Positions 36,907 through 47,357 of a DNA stretch of 64,000 bases are shown in pieces. The notes below the pieces were generated by a model. It did no database searches. It saw only the letters and a list, made by a program, of their open reading frames with translations, and was not told the DNA's origin. The position numbers and the translations under genes are program-made. The stretch's first letter is position 1, and each line of letters starts with the position of its first letter. The DNA is taken from the NCBI RefSeq assembly GCF_902373525.1, contig NZ_CABKMN010000005.1; one strand, 5' to 3'. The stretch is from an uncultured Bilophila sp. (GTDB lineage Bacteria; Desulfobacterota; Desulfovibrionia; Desulfovibrionales; Desulfovibrionaceae).

Positions 36907-39900
36907 ATGTTTTCACGCCTGTTCATCCGCAATCCCGTCTTCACCACGGTCATCGCGCTCATTACGCTGCTGCTCGGGGGCATCACCCTGTACCATCTGC
37001 CCGTGGAACTGTATCCCGACATCACCCCGCCCACAGTCGTGGTCAGCGCGTTCTATCCCGGCGCGGACGCAAAAACCATCGCCGACACCGTGGGCTCCCC
37101 CATCGAACAGTCGGTGAACGGCATTCAGGACATGCTGTACATGTCCTCCAAAAGCGCGGACAACGGCTCCTACACCCTCACCGTGACCTTTGCGCTGGGT
37201 ACGGACACCGACGTCGCCACGGTCCTGCTCCAGAATCTGGTCAACAACGCTCTGCCCACGCTGCCCGCCGCCGTGCAGCAGCAGGGAGTGACGGTGACCA
37301 AGAGCTCCTCCTCCATCCTCCAGTTCGTCTGCCTCCAGTCGCCGGACAACACCTACGACAATCTCTATCTTTCCAACTACGCGTCGCTTCAGATCGTCAA
37401 CGTTCTGGCCCGGGTTCCCGGCGTGGGGCAGGTCACGATCATGGGGGCCTCCAACTACGCCATGCGCGTCTGGCTGGACCTCGACAAGATGAACGCCCTC
37501 GACGTGAGCATCGACGAGGTGAACGGCGCCATCGCCAAACAGAACGTACAGGTCGCCGCCGGACGGATAGGCGGCCAGCCCTCTTCGGATCGGCAGCAGT
37601 TCCAGTTCACGGTGCTGACGCAGGGACTGCTGGACACGCCGGAAGCCTTCGGGGACATCATCGTCAGGACGGGCGGTTCGGGCTCGAACGGCACACGTTC
37701 CACAGGCGGCGTGGACGGGCGCATCGTGCGCATCCGGGACGTCGCCCGGGTGGAACTCGGCGCGGAGAGCTATGATCTGATCGCCCGGGCCCACAACGCG
37801 GACGCGGCCATGATCGCGATCTACCAGCAGCCGGGAGCCAACGCGCTGGACACGGCCAAGGCCGTCAATCAGGCCATGACCGCTTTGGCGCAGGACTTTC
37901 CTCCCGGCATGACCTGGAACGTCCCCTTCGACACCACGACCTTCGTTTCCACCGCCGTGCATCAGGTCTACGGGACCTTCTTCAAGGCCACCCTGCTGGT
38001 GATGCTCGTGGTCTTCGTATTTCTCCAGAACGTCCGGGCCGTCATCGGCCCCGCCATCGTCATTCCGGTCACGCTCATGGGGGCGTTCCTGTTCATGGGG
38101 CTGATGGGGTTCTCCGTGAACATCATCACCCTGTTCGCGCTGGTGTTGGCCATCGGGCTTGTGGTGGACGACGCCATCATCGTGGTCGAAGGCACGATCC
38201 GCCACCTGGAAAAGGGGCTCTCCCCGCAGGACGCGGCCATCCGGGGCATGGAAGACCTCTTTCTGTCCATCATCGCGGTGACCCTCGTTTTCGCGAGCGT
38301 GTTCCTCCCCGCCTCCTTCCTCGGCGGCATCACCGGCCAGATATACCGCCAGTTCGCGCTGGTCATCGGATGTACGGCCATCCTCAGCGCGCTGTTCGCC
38401 GTCACCCTCAACCCCACGGAATGCGCCATCTGGCTGAAACCCGCCGGAACCGGCGGCGGCAGGAAGAACCGTTTCTTCCGCGTGTTCAACCGCGGGTACG
38501 ACGGACTCAAGCGCGGCGTCATGGCCATCGTCTCGCTGACCCTGCGCGCTCCCGCGCTGGCGGCGGTGACGTACCTGCTGATCAGCGGATTCGCGGTCTG
38601 GGGCTATACGACCCTGCCCAAGGGCTTCATGCCCAATGAGGATCAAGGCTACGTCATGGTCAGCGCCCAGCTTCCCGACGCGGCGGCCCTGCCGCGCACG
38701 CAGGCCTACATGGCCCGGCTGGAAAAGGCCATCGCGGGCGTGCCCGGCATCCGGGACTGGGTCGTCGTGGGCGGCACCTCCCTGCTCACCGGCAATACCA
38801 TTCCCAATGCGGTTACGGCCTTCGTCATTTTCGAGGACTGGAGCAAACGCCCCGGCATCTCCGAAGCGGACATCATCGGCGGGCTGGATCGGGCTTTCGC
38901 CGCCCTTCCCGAAGGCCAAACGCTGGTCGTGCCGCCTCCGCCGATCATGGGCATCGGCAATGCGGGAGGGTTCGACATGATGGTCGAAGACCGCAAAAAC
39001 CTCGGCGCGGACGCTCTGGAAGAGGCGGTGCGGCTCATGGAACAGGCCGCGGCCCAACGCCCCGAACTGCGCGGCGTCATGTCCCTGTACAGCGCCGACA
39101 CGCCGCAGCTCTATGTGGCTCTGGACAGAACGCGGGCCATGAGCCACGGGCTGGACCTGTCCTCGGTATTCACCGCCATGCAGACGGCGCTTGGGGGAAG
39201 CTACATAAACAACTTCAGCAAATTCAACCAGAACTACGAAGTGCGGGTTCAGGCGGAGGATCGGTTCCGTTCCAGTCCCGACTCCATCGCCGCACTGCGC
39301 GTCGTCAACGGGAACGGCGAAGGCGTCCCGCTGGGCACGGTCGCCGAAGTGCGGCCCATCGTGGGGCCAAGCCTCGTCACCCGGTACAACCTGTACAGCT
39401 CGGCCTCGTTGCAGGGCAGCCCGGCTCCCGGCACAAGCACGGGAACGGCCATGACGATCATGGAAAGCCTTGCGCGGCGGGTCCTGCCGGACGGCTTCGG
39501 GTACGAGTGGACGACCATGGCCTTTCAGGAGCAAAGCGCCTCCGGCCAGACCGGCGTGCTCGTCGGCCTTGCGGTCGTGCTCGTCTATCTCATTCTGGCC
39601 GCACTCTACGCGGACTGGATTCTTCCCCTTTCGGTACTGCTGGTCATTCCGCTGGCCGTATCCGGCACCGTGGGCGCCATCGCCCTGCGCGGTATGGACA
39701 TCAACATCTACGTGCAGATCGGGCTGCTTCTGCTCATCGCCATGTCCAGCAAAAACGCGCTCATTCTGGTCCAGTTCGCCAGACGGTACCACGAGGAGGG
39801 ACAACCTTTAAGGGACGCCGCCCTGAGCGCCGCACAGGTCCGTTTCCGACCCATCCTCATGTCCTCGCTGGCCTTCGCCGTGGGAGCCGTCCCCCTGCTC

Positions 39901-40083
39901 TGGGCCACCGGAGCCGGAGCCGCCAGCCAACGCTACCTCGGCACCGCCATCTTCGGCGGCATGGTGGCTACGGCGCTGCTGACCGTGCTCTATGCCCCAT
40001 TCTTCTTCACCGTGTTCACCGGACTCAGCGAGCGCCTGCGCCGGGGCCGCGATGCGGGATCGACTTCACGACAACTCGATTGA
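36907..40083 (+). CDS. RND efflux permease, HAE1 family (AcrB/MexB-like)
   Basis: 1058 aa with 12 TMS and two large periplasmic loops. AcrB signatures (MFSRLFIRNPVFTTVIALITLLLG, LVVDDAIIVVE, AALSAAQVRFRPILMSS). Confidence 0.9.
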   Translation: MFSRLFIRNPVFTTVIALITLLLGGITLYHLPVELYPDITPPTVVVSAFYPGADAKTIADTVGSPIEQSVNGIQDMLYMSSKSADNGSYTLTVTFALGTDTDVATVLLQNLVNNALPTLPAAVQQQGVTVTKSSSSILQFVCLQSPDNTYDNLYLSNYASLQIVNVLARVPGVGQVTIMGASNYAMRVWLDLDKMNALDVSIDEVNGAIAKQNVQVAAGRIGGQPSSDRQQFQFTVLTQGLLDTPEAFGDIIVRTGGSGSNGTRSTGGVDGRIVRIRDVARVELGAESYDLIARAHNADAAMIAIYQQPGANALDTAKAVNQAMTALAQDFPPGMTWNVPFDTTTFVSTAVHQVYGTFFKATLLVMLVVFVFLQNVRAVIGPAIVIPVTLMGAFLFMGLMGFSVNIITLFALVLAIGLVVDDAIIVVEGTIRHLEKGLSPQDAAIRGMEDLFLSIIAVTLVFASVFLPASFLGGITGQIYRQFALVIGCTAILSALFAVTLNPTECAIWLKPAGTGGGRKNRFFRVFNRGYDGLKRGVMAIVSLTLRAPALAAVTYLLISGFAVWGYTTLPKGFMPNEDQGYVMVSAQLPDAAALPRTQAYMARLEKAIAGVPGIRDWVVVGGTSLLTGNTIPNAVTAFVIFEDWSKRPGISEADIIGGLDRAFAALPEGQTLVVPPPPIMGIGNAGGFDMMVEDRKNLGADALEEAVRLMEQAAAQRPELRGVMSLYSADTPQLYVALDRTRAMSHGLDLSSVFTAMQTALGGSYINNFSKFNQNYEVRVQAEDRFRSSPDSIAALRVVNGNGEGVPLGTVAEVRPIVGPSLVTRYNLYSSASLQGSPAPGTSTGTAMTIMESLARRVLPDGFGYEWTTMAFQEQSASGQTGVLVGLAVVLVYLILAALYADWILPLSVLLVIPLAVSGTVGAIALRGMDINIYVQIGLLLLIAMSSKNALILVQFARRYHEEGQPLRDAALSAAQVRFRPILMSSLAFAVGAVPLLWATGAGAASQRYLGTAIFGGMVATALLTVLYAPFFFTVFTGLSERLRRGRDAGSTSRQLD

Positions 40084-40120
40084 GAGCTGTGATCCCGCAC
40101 GGCCCGCGCATGCCTTTTCA

Positions 40121-40150
40121 CGAGAGCCCGCCCGGTGCGGGCTCTCGAAA
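40121..40150 (+). terminator. Hairpin terminator after the RND operon
   Basis: CGAGAGCCCGC-ccggt-GCGGGCTCTCG. Confidence 0.5.
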
Positions 40151-40682
40151 CACGCTTCCGAGCAGCGCCTGTGCGAACGATTCCCGCCTTCCGGCGCAAT
40201 CGAGCACAAACGGAATGTTCTCATGGCAAACCGCCTTGCTGCGGGGCGACCTCCCCCAAAGCATACCAATCCGGCTGAATGCCCTTCGCCCTCCGATCCC
40301 GCAAAAAAACCGCCTGCACAGCGTCCAGCGCGGACGTTTCCCCTCTTTTCGCGCGCGGCAAGCCCGTGCGATTCCAGAAAGGCGCATGCCGTAGGTGTCC
40401 TTACCGGCGTCCCGCCGCTGCCGAGAAGGCGGAAAACGACAAGGCAGGATGCAACAGCGGCATATCTGGCATCGCCAGCTTTCGGCAACGCCGTTCGCCG
40501 TGATCCGCATGCACCAACGGGAGCCCCGTACCGCCGCAATCCGTTCCTCTTCCCTCCGCCGACGATTTGCGGCAAAGAGGGAAGGGAACGTTTCGCCGTT
40601 CCTTCAGTACATCCCCGTCTTTCTCTCAGGACGCCGGATTTGCCTCACCTGTTTACGGCCTTCGTTGCCCAAGGAGTCGTCC

Positions 40683-42284
40683 ATGTCCATTCGGTTGCTT
40701 CTCTCCTGCACGCTTCTCGCGCTGTTCCTGCCGGGGTGCGCGAAAACCGTTCCGCCGCAATCCGAACCGCTCGAACTGGTGTTGCTGCACACCAACGATA
40801 CCCACTCCTACGTCGCCGGACGCGACAAATACGGCAACGCCTGCATGACCTCCACCGACTGCGTGGGAGGCATGGGACGCATCGCCGCCGTAGTGCGCGA
40901 CGAACGAAGGAAGGCCGACAACGTGCTGGTGCTGGACGCCGGGGATCAATTTCAGGGAACGCTGTTCTTCACCGTCAACGGTTGGCCCATGCTGTCCGAT
41001 CTCGACGGTCGGGTGGGCTACGACGCCGTTACGCTCGGCAACCATGAATTCGACAGGGGATGCGACACGCTCGCCGCATACGTCGGCACCCTCAACTATC
41101 CGGTTCTGGCGGCCAATCTGGCCCCGGAACCCGGTTGCCCCCTGCTCGGCCTGCCCATCAAACCGTATGCGATACGCACCGTCCGGGGCGTCAGGGTGGG
41201 CATCGTCGGGCTCGCCAATCCCGACGTGAGCACGCTGGCCGCCGCCTGCCCGCACACGCGCTTCACCGACAGCGCCGAAGCCCTCGGGAAGGCCGTCGTC
41301 GAACTCGAACGGCAGGGCGTGCGGCACATCGTCGCCGTCACCCATCTGGGCCTGCCCGCCGACCGGGAACTGGCCCGCACCGTGGACGGCGTGGACGTCA
41401 TCGTCGGCGGCCACACGCACAGCTATCTGGGCCCGAACTCGCCGGAAGGCCCCTACCCCATCGTGGAACGCAGCCCTTCGGGCCAGCCCGTACTGGTCGT
41501 AACCGCCAAGTTCGCCACGGAATACCTGGGCGAACTGCGCGTTGACTTCGACGAACAGGGCGTCCCGACCCACTGGGGAGGCGCGGCGAAGCGTCTCGAA
41601 CCCGGCATCGTCCCCGCCCCCGACGTGGACGCCCGTGTGAACGACTACGCCAAACCGCTCGAAGTCTTCCGCGCCCAAACGCTGGGGCGCAACGATCTGG
41701 ACTTCCCCGACGGCATGGAAGCCTGCCGCACGGGCGAATGCCTCGGCGGGCTTGTCGTGACGGACGCCATGCTGGATTACGGGAAACCCTACGGTGCGAC
41801 GCTGGCGCTGACCAACGGCGGCAGCCTGAGGGCTCCTCTGAAGCGGGGTCCGGTTACGCAGGGTGATCTGCTTTCCGTGCTCCCGTTCGGCAACATGCTG
41901 GTCATCCGGGAATACGGCGGCGGGCAACTGCTGGCGGCGCTGGAACACGGCCTTTCGGGGAAAAAGGGAGAAGGCCCGCGCATCCTGCACTTCGCCGGAC
42001 TGCGGTACCGCTTCGACGCCGCACGGCCCGCCGGACAGCGCGTTCTTTCGGCGGAAATCGTGGACGAATGCGGCAAGCCCCACCCGCTGGACAAGACCGA
42101 ACGCTATGCCGTCGTGCTGCCCAGCTATCTCGCCAAGGGCGGCGACGGGTACACGATGCTGACGGACGGCAGGACGCTGCCCGCACCCGATCCGATGGAT
42201 ACGGACATCGTCGGCGCATACATCAAGGCGCATTCGCCCCTGTCCATGCCCATGACGGGACGCATCACCAAGGTTTCCCGCTAG
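40683..42284 (+). CDS. Bifunctional metallophosphatase / 5'-nucleotidase (UshA family) lipoprotein
   Basis: Start at MSIRLLLSCTLLALFLPGC (lipobox). Calcineurin-like motifs (LLHTNDTHSY, GDQFQG, LGNHEFD, GGHTHS) followed by a 5'-nucleotidase C-terminal domain. Upstream in-frame extension is junk. Confidence 0.8.
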   Translation: MSIRLLLSCTLLALFLPGCAKTVPPQSEPLELVLLHTNDTHSYVAGRDKYGNACMTSTDCVGGMGRIAAVVRDERRKADNVLVLDAGDQFQGTLFFTVNGWPMLSDLDGRVGYDAVTLGNHEFDRGCDTLAAYVGTLNYPVLAANLAPEPGCPLLGLPIKPYAIRTVRGVRVGIVGLANPDVSTLAAACPHTRFTDSAEALGKAVVELERQGVRHIVAVTHLGLPADRELARTVDGVDVIVGGHTHSYLGPNSPEGPYPIVERSPSGQPVLVVTAKFATEYLGELRVDFDEQGVPTHWGGAAKRLEPGIVPAPDVDARVNDYAKPLEVFRAQTLGRNDLDFPDGMEACRTGECLGGLVVTDAMLDYGKPYGATLALTNGGSLRAPLKRGPVTQGDLLSVLPFGNMLVIREYGGGQLLAALEHGLSGKKGEGPRILHFAGLRYRFDAARPAGQRVLSAEIVDECGKPHPLDKTERYAVVLPSYLAKGGDGYTMLTDGRTLPAPDPMDTDIVGAYIKAHSPLSMPMTGRITKVSR

Positions 42285-42556
42285 CGGCATCCTCAACGGC
42301 CCCCGCCCCGTCCGCACGCTGACGGGACGCGGGGCGGATCGTCCTGCCTCCGCGACAGCACGAACACCCTCCCGGCCCGACCCCATATCCGAAACGGTCG
42401 GGGACTCCCTGCGGGCGGAGGCCCCCCAACAAGCCGCCGTACGATAAAGACTGTGGACGGAACACCCCGGAACGCCTCAAAAGACGACACGATGACGGGC
42501 AGCCTCCCCGACAGATTGACGGCATATCCGAATCATCGGCCTCCGCGTGTCTTCAC

Positions 42557-42596
42557 GAAAAAAGGCACCGGACCTCAACAGTCCGGTGCCTTTTCG
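42557..42596. terminator. Bidirectional rho-independent terminator between the 5'-nucleotidase and SDR genes
   Basis: AAAGGCACCGGAC-ctcaaca-GTCCGGTGCCTTTT flanked by A/T runs on both sides. Confidence 0.55.
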
Positions 42597-42624
42597 CCTC
42601 TCGCATCCGAACGCGACGTTCCGG

Positions 42625-43389
42625 CTAGACGATGGTGTACCCGCCGTCCGCCATCCAGAGCGCGCCGGTGACGAACCCGGCCTCGTCACCGGCGAGAAAG
42701 GCGACGACCGAAGCGATCTCCTCCGGCTTGCCGAAGCGCCCCAAGGGCTGGAGTGCGAGGAAGCTCTTCATGCCCTGATCTTCGTCGCCGGTGTCCCGCG
42801 CCCCGTCATGCAGTCCGGGAGTGTCGGTCGTGCCCGGCCCTACGGCGTTGACGCGGATGTTGTGCGGCATCAGCGAAACGGCGGCGGCCCGTGTAAACGA
42901 GGCCACCCCGCCCTTGGACGCGTGATAGGCCGCGTAACCGGGCGAACCCACCACCGCGAAGGTCGAGCATACGTTGACGACGGCCCCGCCCTTCTTCCGG
43001 GCGATGAACAGCTCCGCCGCGCCCTTCGTGAACAAAAACATGCTGGTCAGGTTGGTATTCAGGACCGCGTTGAACTCTTCCGCCGTGGTTTCGAGAAGGG
43101 ATTTGTTCAACTGCCAGCCAGCGTTGTTCACCACGATGTCCAGATCGCCGTACACGTCCACGACCGTATCCAACGCGGCCCGGACATCGGCTTCGCATCC
43201 TACGTCGCAGCGGCGGAACACCGCTTTGCCGCCCCGCTCCGCGATGGACGCGGCGACGGCGGCACCGTTGGCCTCGTCCTTGTCGAGCAGCAGGAGCCGG
43301 GCCCCTTCGGAAGCGAAAAGCCGGGCCGTCGCGGCGCCGATGCCCTTCGCCGCGCCGGTGATGATGGCCGTCTTGCCTTGCAGTTTCAT
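42625..43389 (-). CDS. SDR-family oxidoreductase (3-oxoacyl-ACP reductase-like)
   Basis: MKLQGKTAIITGAAKGIGAATARLF (TGxxxGIG Rossmann motif). NNAG. Catalytic YAASKGG. Confidence 0.85.
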   Translation of the reverse strand: MKLQGKTAIITGAAKGIGAATARLFASEGARLLLLDKDEANGAAVAASIAERGGKAVFRRCDVGCEADVRAALDTVVDVYGDLDIVVNNAGWQLNKSLLETTAEEFNAVLNTNLTSMFLFTKGAAELFIARKKGGAVVNVCSTFAVVGSPGYAAYHASKGGVASFTRAAAVSLMPHNIRVNAVGPGTTDTPGLHDGARDTGDEDQGMKSFLALQPLGRFGKPEEIASVVAFLAGDEAGFVTGALWMADGGYTIV

Positions 43390-43620
43390 AGTCGTCTCAC
43401 TGGTTGCGGTACAAAAAGATTCCCCGTTGTATACGCCTTCCCGCCCGCCTGACAACCCGCGCTCCCGGCGGATGAAACACCGGGCATGGGGAACGTCCCG
43501 GCCCCGGTCGAATCCGCGGCCGATTCCGTCGGCGTATTCAGTGTCAGTGTAATATGCTGGTGTATATTATGTTATTGTTCGTACGGCGGTGCGTTGCCGT
43601 TGACGGAGACGCAAACTCCA

Positions 43621-43660
43621 ATGAAATGCAAAGGGCCCGCCTGAGAACAGGCGAGCCCTT
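43621..43660 (-). terminator. Terminator downstream of the amidohydrolase gene
   Basis: Minus strand: AGGGCTCGCCTG-ttct-CAGGCGGGCCCT followed by TTGCATTTCATT. Confidence 0.5.
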
Positions 43661-43683
43661 CGATTACAGGTTATGTCGTCAGA

Positions 43684-46527
43684 TTAGTCTTCGCGGCGGC
43701 GCAGAACGCGGATGGCGGCTACGGCCGAAAGACCGAGGAACATGACCAGCAGGTCGTAAGACGGCGTGGAGCCCACGGTGCAGCCGCTGCTGCTTCCGCC
43801 GTCGTCACTGCCGCCGCCGGCATAAACATGATCTGCGGTGCCGCCGTTGGTGGGCAGAGTGCCGGAGGTGGAAACCAGCGTCACCGGGTCAACAATAACA
43901 CCCTCGGTGCTGTCGGCGTCATAGGTGCCGTCGTTGTCGCGAATGATGAAGTACGCGATATACTGCTTATCGGCTTCAAGCGTCGGATCGTCAGCGAGAG
44001 ACAGCGCGGCCGCGGGGTTCTCGAAGTCGGCGACCCACCACTGACCGGTGGAGGAACCGATGGAACCGGCGTCAGGACGACCGTAGGCATACTCGATCTT
44101 CTTGGTGTCGGTAATCTTGTACAGCTTCAGGTTGCTGAGCTTGTCGCCGTTGCCGAGCAGGGTCATCTGGAAAACGGCGCTGGCCCCCTGATCCACGGCG
44201 GCGGTGAAGCTCACGGTACCGAAACGCTTTTCGCCTTCGTTGAGGGAGGCATAGTTCTTTTCAGCATCGGCGTGGCTGATGTATTCGGGAGCCTTGCTCA
44301 AAGCGACCTTAGTATCCAGCGCAGGCTGGTCATACGCGGCGCGGAAGTTGCTGATGAACACGTTGCTGTCAGGCAGTACGCCGTGTACGACATCGTCTCC
44401 CACGATGGTGGCCGCCACGCGCATATCCGCGATGGTCAGCGGAGCCGTTTCGGCTACTTCAAAGACGTCCTTGTCCATGATGGCGAAGTCGGCCAGCTTA
44501 CCCACCTCGATGGAACCGATGCGGTCCTCGACCTTATTCTGGTAGGCAGGTCTGATGGTGACGGCATGAAGGGCCTGCAACGTATTGATACGCTGGTCGT
44601 ACGTCCAGAACGCGCGGGTTTCGCCATCCGTGATTCGGGCCTTGTACTGAACCGTAGCATTCAGGTCCTTGCCGGTACCGTTGACCTCGATGTTTTCCTG
44701 CCCGGAGGCGGCGATGGCGTCGCCCGAGAACCGGGTCACGCCGGACTGAATGCTGCGCAGAGGCGAAATCGGGGTGACGAAGGTATCGTTATGGAACGAA
44801 TACGGCAGGTCGTAGGCGCTGGCCCAACCGGCGGGGCTTATGTTACAGGCGCGACCGGGGCCGAAGAACTTGTTCGTATGGCGATAGCCGTAGAAATACG
44901 TATGGTTGTTGAAGAACGAGATGAAGTTGTTCTGGGCCTTCATGAGTTCGCCCAGATTGCCGGCAGGCAACTTCCCACCAAGAGTCGTGTCGACGACACC
45001 GTCCTTGAAGGCGCCGTCAAGCTCTTCGTACATGTCGGCCGTGCCCTTAAGTCCGGCATAATCACCGATCATACGCTGGAGATGCTGGCGTTCCAACGTC
45101 TGACCATGAATGGAAGTATGGCGCGTGTCCTTGACTGTGGGAGCTGCGGCAACGGCTTCTTCAACCGCGGTAACCCACGCTTCCGCCGCGCCGGAACCGT
45201 TGGTATGGGTTTCCGTGCTTTGACCAGCGGCATGGTACCGCTTGATGACCTGCTTGAGGGCGTCCACGGTCATGTTCAGCGTACCTTCAAGGCCGTTGAA
45301 ATATCCGGCCTTGTTGAAGCTGTCTTCCGCGGTGTACTTATCCCAGTCGTAGAAACCGGGCTTCTTCATCCACGCGGTGTAGCCCTGCGGGGAACCGTCA
45401 AAAATGATCTTCCATGCGCCGAACAGCAGCTGGTTGGCGGGAAGATTCTGCGGCACATCCTTGCCGGCGTTCAGGAACGTAATGTCGGCGCCGCCCTTAA
45501 GCGCATCGGAAGCGTCGCCAAACGACTGATCGCCGTCGGTGTCCTTCCAGCCGAGAATTCTGCGGTTACCGGGACCCATCGCATCTATAATGACGCCGGG
45601 CTTGGCTTCATACGCATAATACGCCATGGGATGTACAAGCACGCGCAGGTCGAGCTGATCAGCAGCCAGCGTGCCCTGAAGCAGAGGAATCTGACCGGAG
45701 AGCGACACCCCGCCGCTGTCGGCGGTCGTTACGCCGGCGGTCGTGTACACTTCGGAAGCGCGGGCAACGCCACGCGCGTCATTCGTCTTCAGCTCATTGC
45801 CGAGAGGAACCAAACCTTGCGCCTTCATTTCCAAAAGCAGACCGGTAGGCTCGCCGTCGGCCCCCTTGACCAGCCCTTCGCACTCGGTATCCTTGGTGAC
45901 GCCGTACTTTTCCAGAGCAAGCGAGTTGGCTACGGCCATGTGACCGGAAATATGGCTGATCAGGATAGGATGCGTCGTACTGGCCTTGTCGAGGTCTTCA
46001 CGGGAAGGATGACGCTGTTCGGCAAGCTGCGTATCGTCATAGTTGTAGCCGATGATTGGGCTGCCGGCGGGCAGCGTATCGGCCTTTTTTCTGAGTTCTT
46101 CCACGAGCTTGTCCATCGTATCAACGGGACCGCTCAGAAGGGGGCTGTTCAGGTTGACCTTGAAAAGGTCATTGTTTCCCTGACTGGGAAAATGCCCATG
46201 ACCGTCAACAAAGCCGGGCAGCATGGTCTTGCCGCGGAGATCGACGATCTTGCGGACCTTGGCGTCGTCGAAATAGCCCTTGGCTCTGGCTTCGGCCTTG
46301 GACCCCACAAAGACGATCTTGCCGTCCAGCGTGGCGACGACGTCGGCCTTCTTCGCGTTCTTGACGTCCTTGGCCTCTTCCATCGTTTCCGTGACGGTGT
46401 AAATCTTGCCGTTATGGTAGACCGTGTCAGCCAATCTGTCCGCGGCGTGCAGCTGCATGCCGCCGCCAAGGATCAAAGCCATAACCGCCGCAAACGACAA
46501 CACATGCTTCTTGCTTCGCGTCTTCAT
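43684..46527 (-). CDS. Secreted amidohydrolase-3 family metal-dependent hydrolase (YtcJ-like) with ~340-aa C-terminal extension and sorting-signal-like tail
   Basis: AAGGAG RBS. Signal peptide MKTRSKKHVLSFAAVMALILGGGMQLHA. Amidohydrolase-3 hallmarks (NGKIYTV, DGKIVFVGS, LRGKTMLPGFVDGHGHF). C-terminus GGGSDDGGSSSGCTVGSTPSYDLLVMFLGLSAVAAIRVLRRRED: Gly/Ser spacer, Cys, hydrophobic helix, basic tail. Confidence 0.8.
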   Translation of the reverse strand: MKTRSKKHVLSFAAVMALILGGGMQLHAADRLADTVYHNGKIYTVTETMEEAKDVKNAKKADVVATLDGKIVFVGSKAEARAKGYFDDAKVRKIVDLRGKTMLPGFVDGHGHFPSQGNNDLFKVNLNSPLLSGPVDTMDKLVEELRKKADTLPAGSPIIGYNYDDTQLAEQRHPSREDLDKASTTHPILISHISGHMAVANSLALEKYGVTKDTECEGLVKGADGEPTGLLLEMKAQGLVPLGNELKTNDARGVARASEVYTTAGVTTADSGGVSLSGQIPLLQGTLAADQLDLRVLVHPMAYYAYEAKPGVIIDAMGPGNRRILGWKDTDGDQSFGDASDALKGGADITFLNAGKDVPQNLPANQLLFGAWKIIFDGSPQGYTAWMKKPGFYDWDKYTAEDSFNKAGYFNGLEGTLNMTVDALKQVIKRYHAAGQSTETHTNGSGAAEAWVTAVEEAVAAAPTVKDTRHTSIHGQTLERQHLQRMIGDYAGLKGTADMYEELDGAFKDGVVDTTLGGKLPAGNLGELMKAQNNFISFFNNHTYFYGYRHTNKFFGPGRACNISPAGWASAYDLPYSFHNDTFVTPISPLRSIQSGVTRFSGDAIAASGQENIEVNGTGKDLNATVQYKARITDGETRAFWTYDQRINTLQALHAVTIRPAYQNKVEDRIGSIEVGKLADFAIMDKDVFEVAETAPLTIADMRVAATIVGDDVVHGVLPDSNVFISNFRAAYDQPALDTKVALSKAPEYISHADAEKNYASLNEGEKRFGTVSFTAAVDQGASAVFQMTLLGNGDKLSNLKLYKITDTKKIEYAYGRPDAGSIGSSTGQWWVADFENPAAALSLADDPTLEADKQYIAYFIIRDNDGTYDADSTEGVIVDPVTLVSTSGTLPTNGGTADHVYAGGGSDDGGSSSGCTVGSTPSYDLLVMFLGLSAVAAIRVLRRRED

Positions 46528-46700
46528 ATCCGCTCCTTCGATGAGTGTCCCTCCTCCCGCTTTGGGGAGCCATACATGTTATGGGCGGATTCGGCGCGCG
46601 GAACAATCGGGTGCGCACCCTAGAAGAACTGAAAAAAACACCTATTGTCCTGTTCAAAAATTCACTCTATGGTAATGCCGGTTCGTCGTCCGGAGGTCCC

Positions 46701-47357
46701 ATGTCCGTATCCATCGTCATTGCCGAAGATCACGCACTGTTCCGCAATGGACTCAAGCTGCTTCTGTCTCTCCGGGACGATCTTGAAGTCGTCGGAGAAG
46801 CGGGGGACGGCCTGTCCGCCGTGGACGCCACCACCAGCCTGCGCCCGGATTTGCTGTTGCTGGACCTATCCATGCCGGGTCGCGACGGGTTGGACGTCAT
46901 CCCCCGCGTCCGCAAGGCCAGCCCCGAAACGCGCATTCTGGTCATTTCCATGCACGCCACTCCAGACTACCTGCGGACCGCCTTCCGCGCCGGAGCGCAC
47001 GGCTATCTCCTCAAATCCGCCGACGCCGAGGAATTCCTGTTCGCCATCCAGTCCGTGCTCAAGGGCAATCATTACATCAGTACGGAAATAGCCGGATCGT
47101 TCGTCGGTTCCTATTTAAAGGATGAAGGCTCCGAATCCGCATCACCGCTGGAGAAATTGACGCACCGCGAACGCGAGGTGTTGAAGCTGGTCGCCGAAGG
47201 CCACTCCAACAAGGAAATTGCGGGAGAACTCGACATCGCCGAAAAAACCGTGGTCACGCACCGCACCAATTTCATGCGAAAACTCGGCCTGCGCAATGTG
47301 CGGGAAGTCACCATGTTCGCATTGCAGAACGGCCTTATCCAGATGCAGGGCCAGTGA
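46701..47357 (+). CDS. NarL/FixJ-family response regulator (REC plus LuxR HTH)
   Basis: GGAGG RBS. MSVSIVIAEDHALFRNGLKLLL...DLLLLDLSMPG (receiver Asp). C-terminal LTHREREVLKLVAEGHSNKEIAGELDIAEKTVVTHRTNFMRKLG. Confidence 0.85.
   Translation: MSVSIVIAEDHALFRNGLKLLLSLRDDLEVVGEAGDGLSAVDATTSLRPDLLLLDLSMPGRDGLDVIPRVRKASPETRILVISMHATPDYLRTAFRAGAHGYLLKSADAEEFLFAIQSVLKGNHYISTEIAGSFVGSYLKDEGSESASPLEKLTHREREVLKLVAEGHSNKEIAGELDIAEKTVVTHRTNFMRKLGLRNVREVTMFALQNGLIQMQGQ

Noticed and set aside
36913-39804. 963-aa ORF antisense to the RND permease
   Set aside because: Shadow ORF. The sense strand encodes a textbook AcrB-family protein
40653-42386. 577-aa ORF antisense to the 5'-nucleotidase gene, and 39992-41047(+) 351-aa ORF
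   Set aside because: Low-complexity Arg/Gly-rich translations. The sense 5'-nucleotidase has a complete metallophosphatase motif set
43828-46623. 931-aa ORF antisense to the amidohydrolase
   Set aside because: Shadow ORF with no motifs. The minus strand has a signal peptide and amidohydrolase signatures
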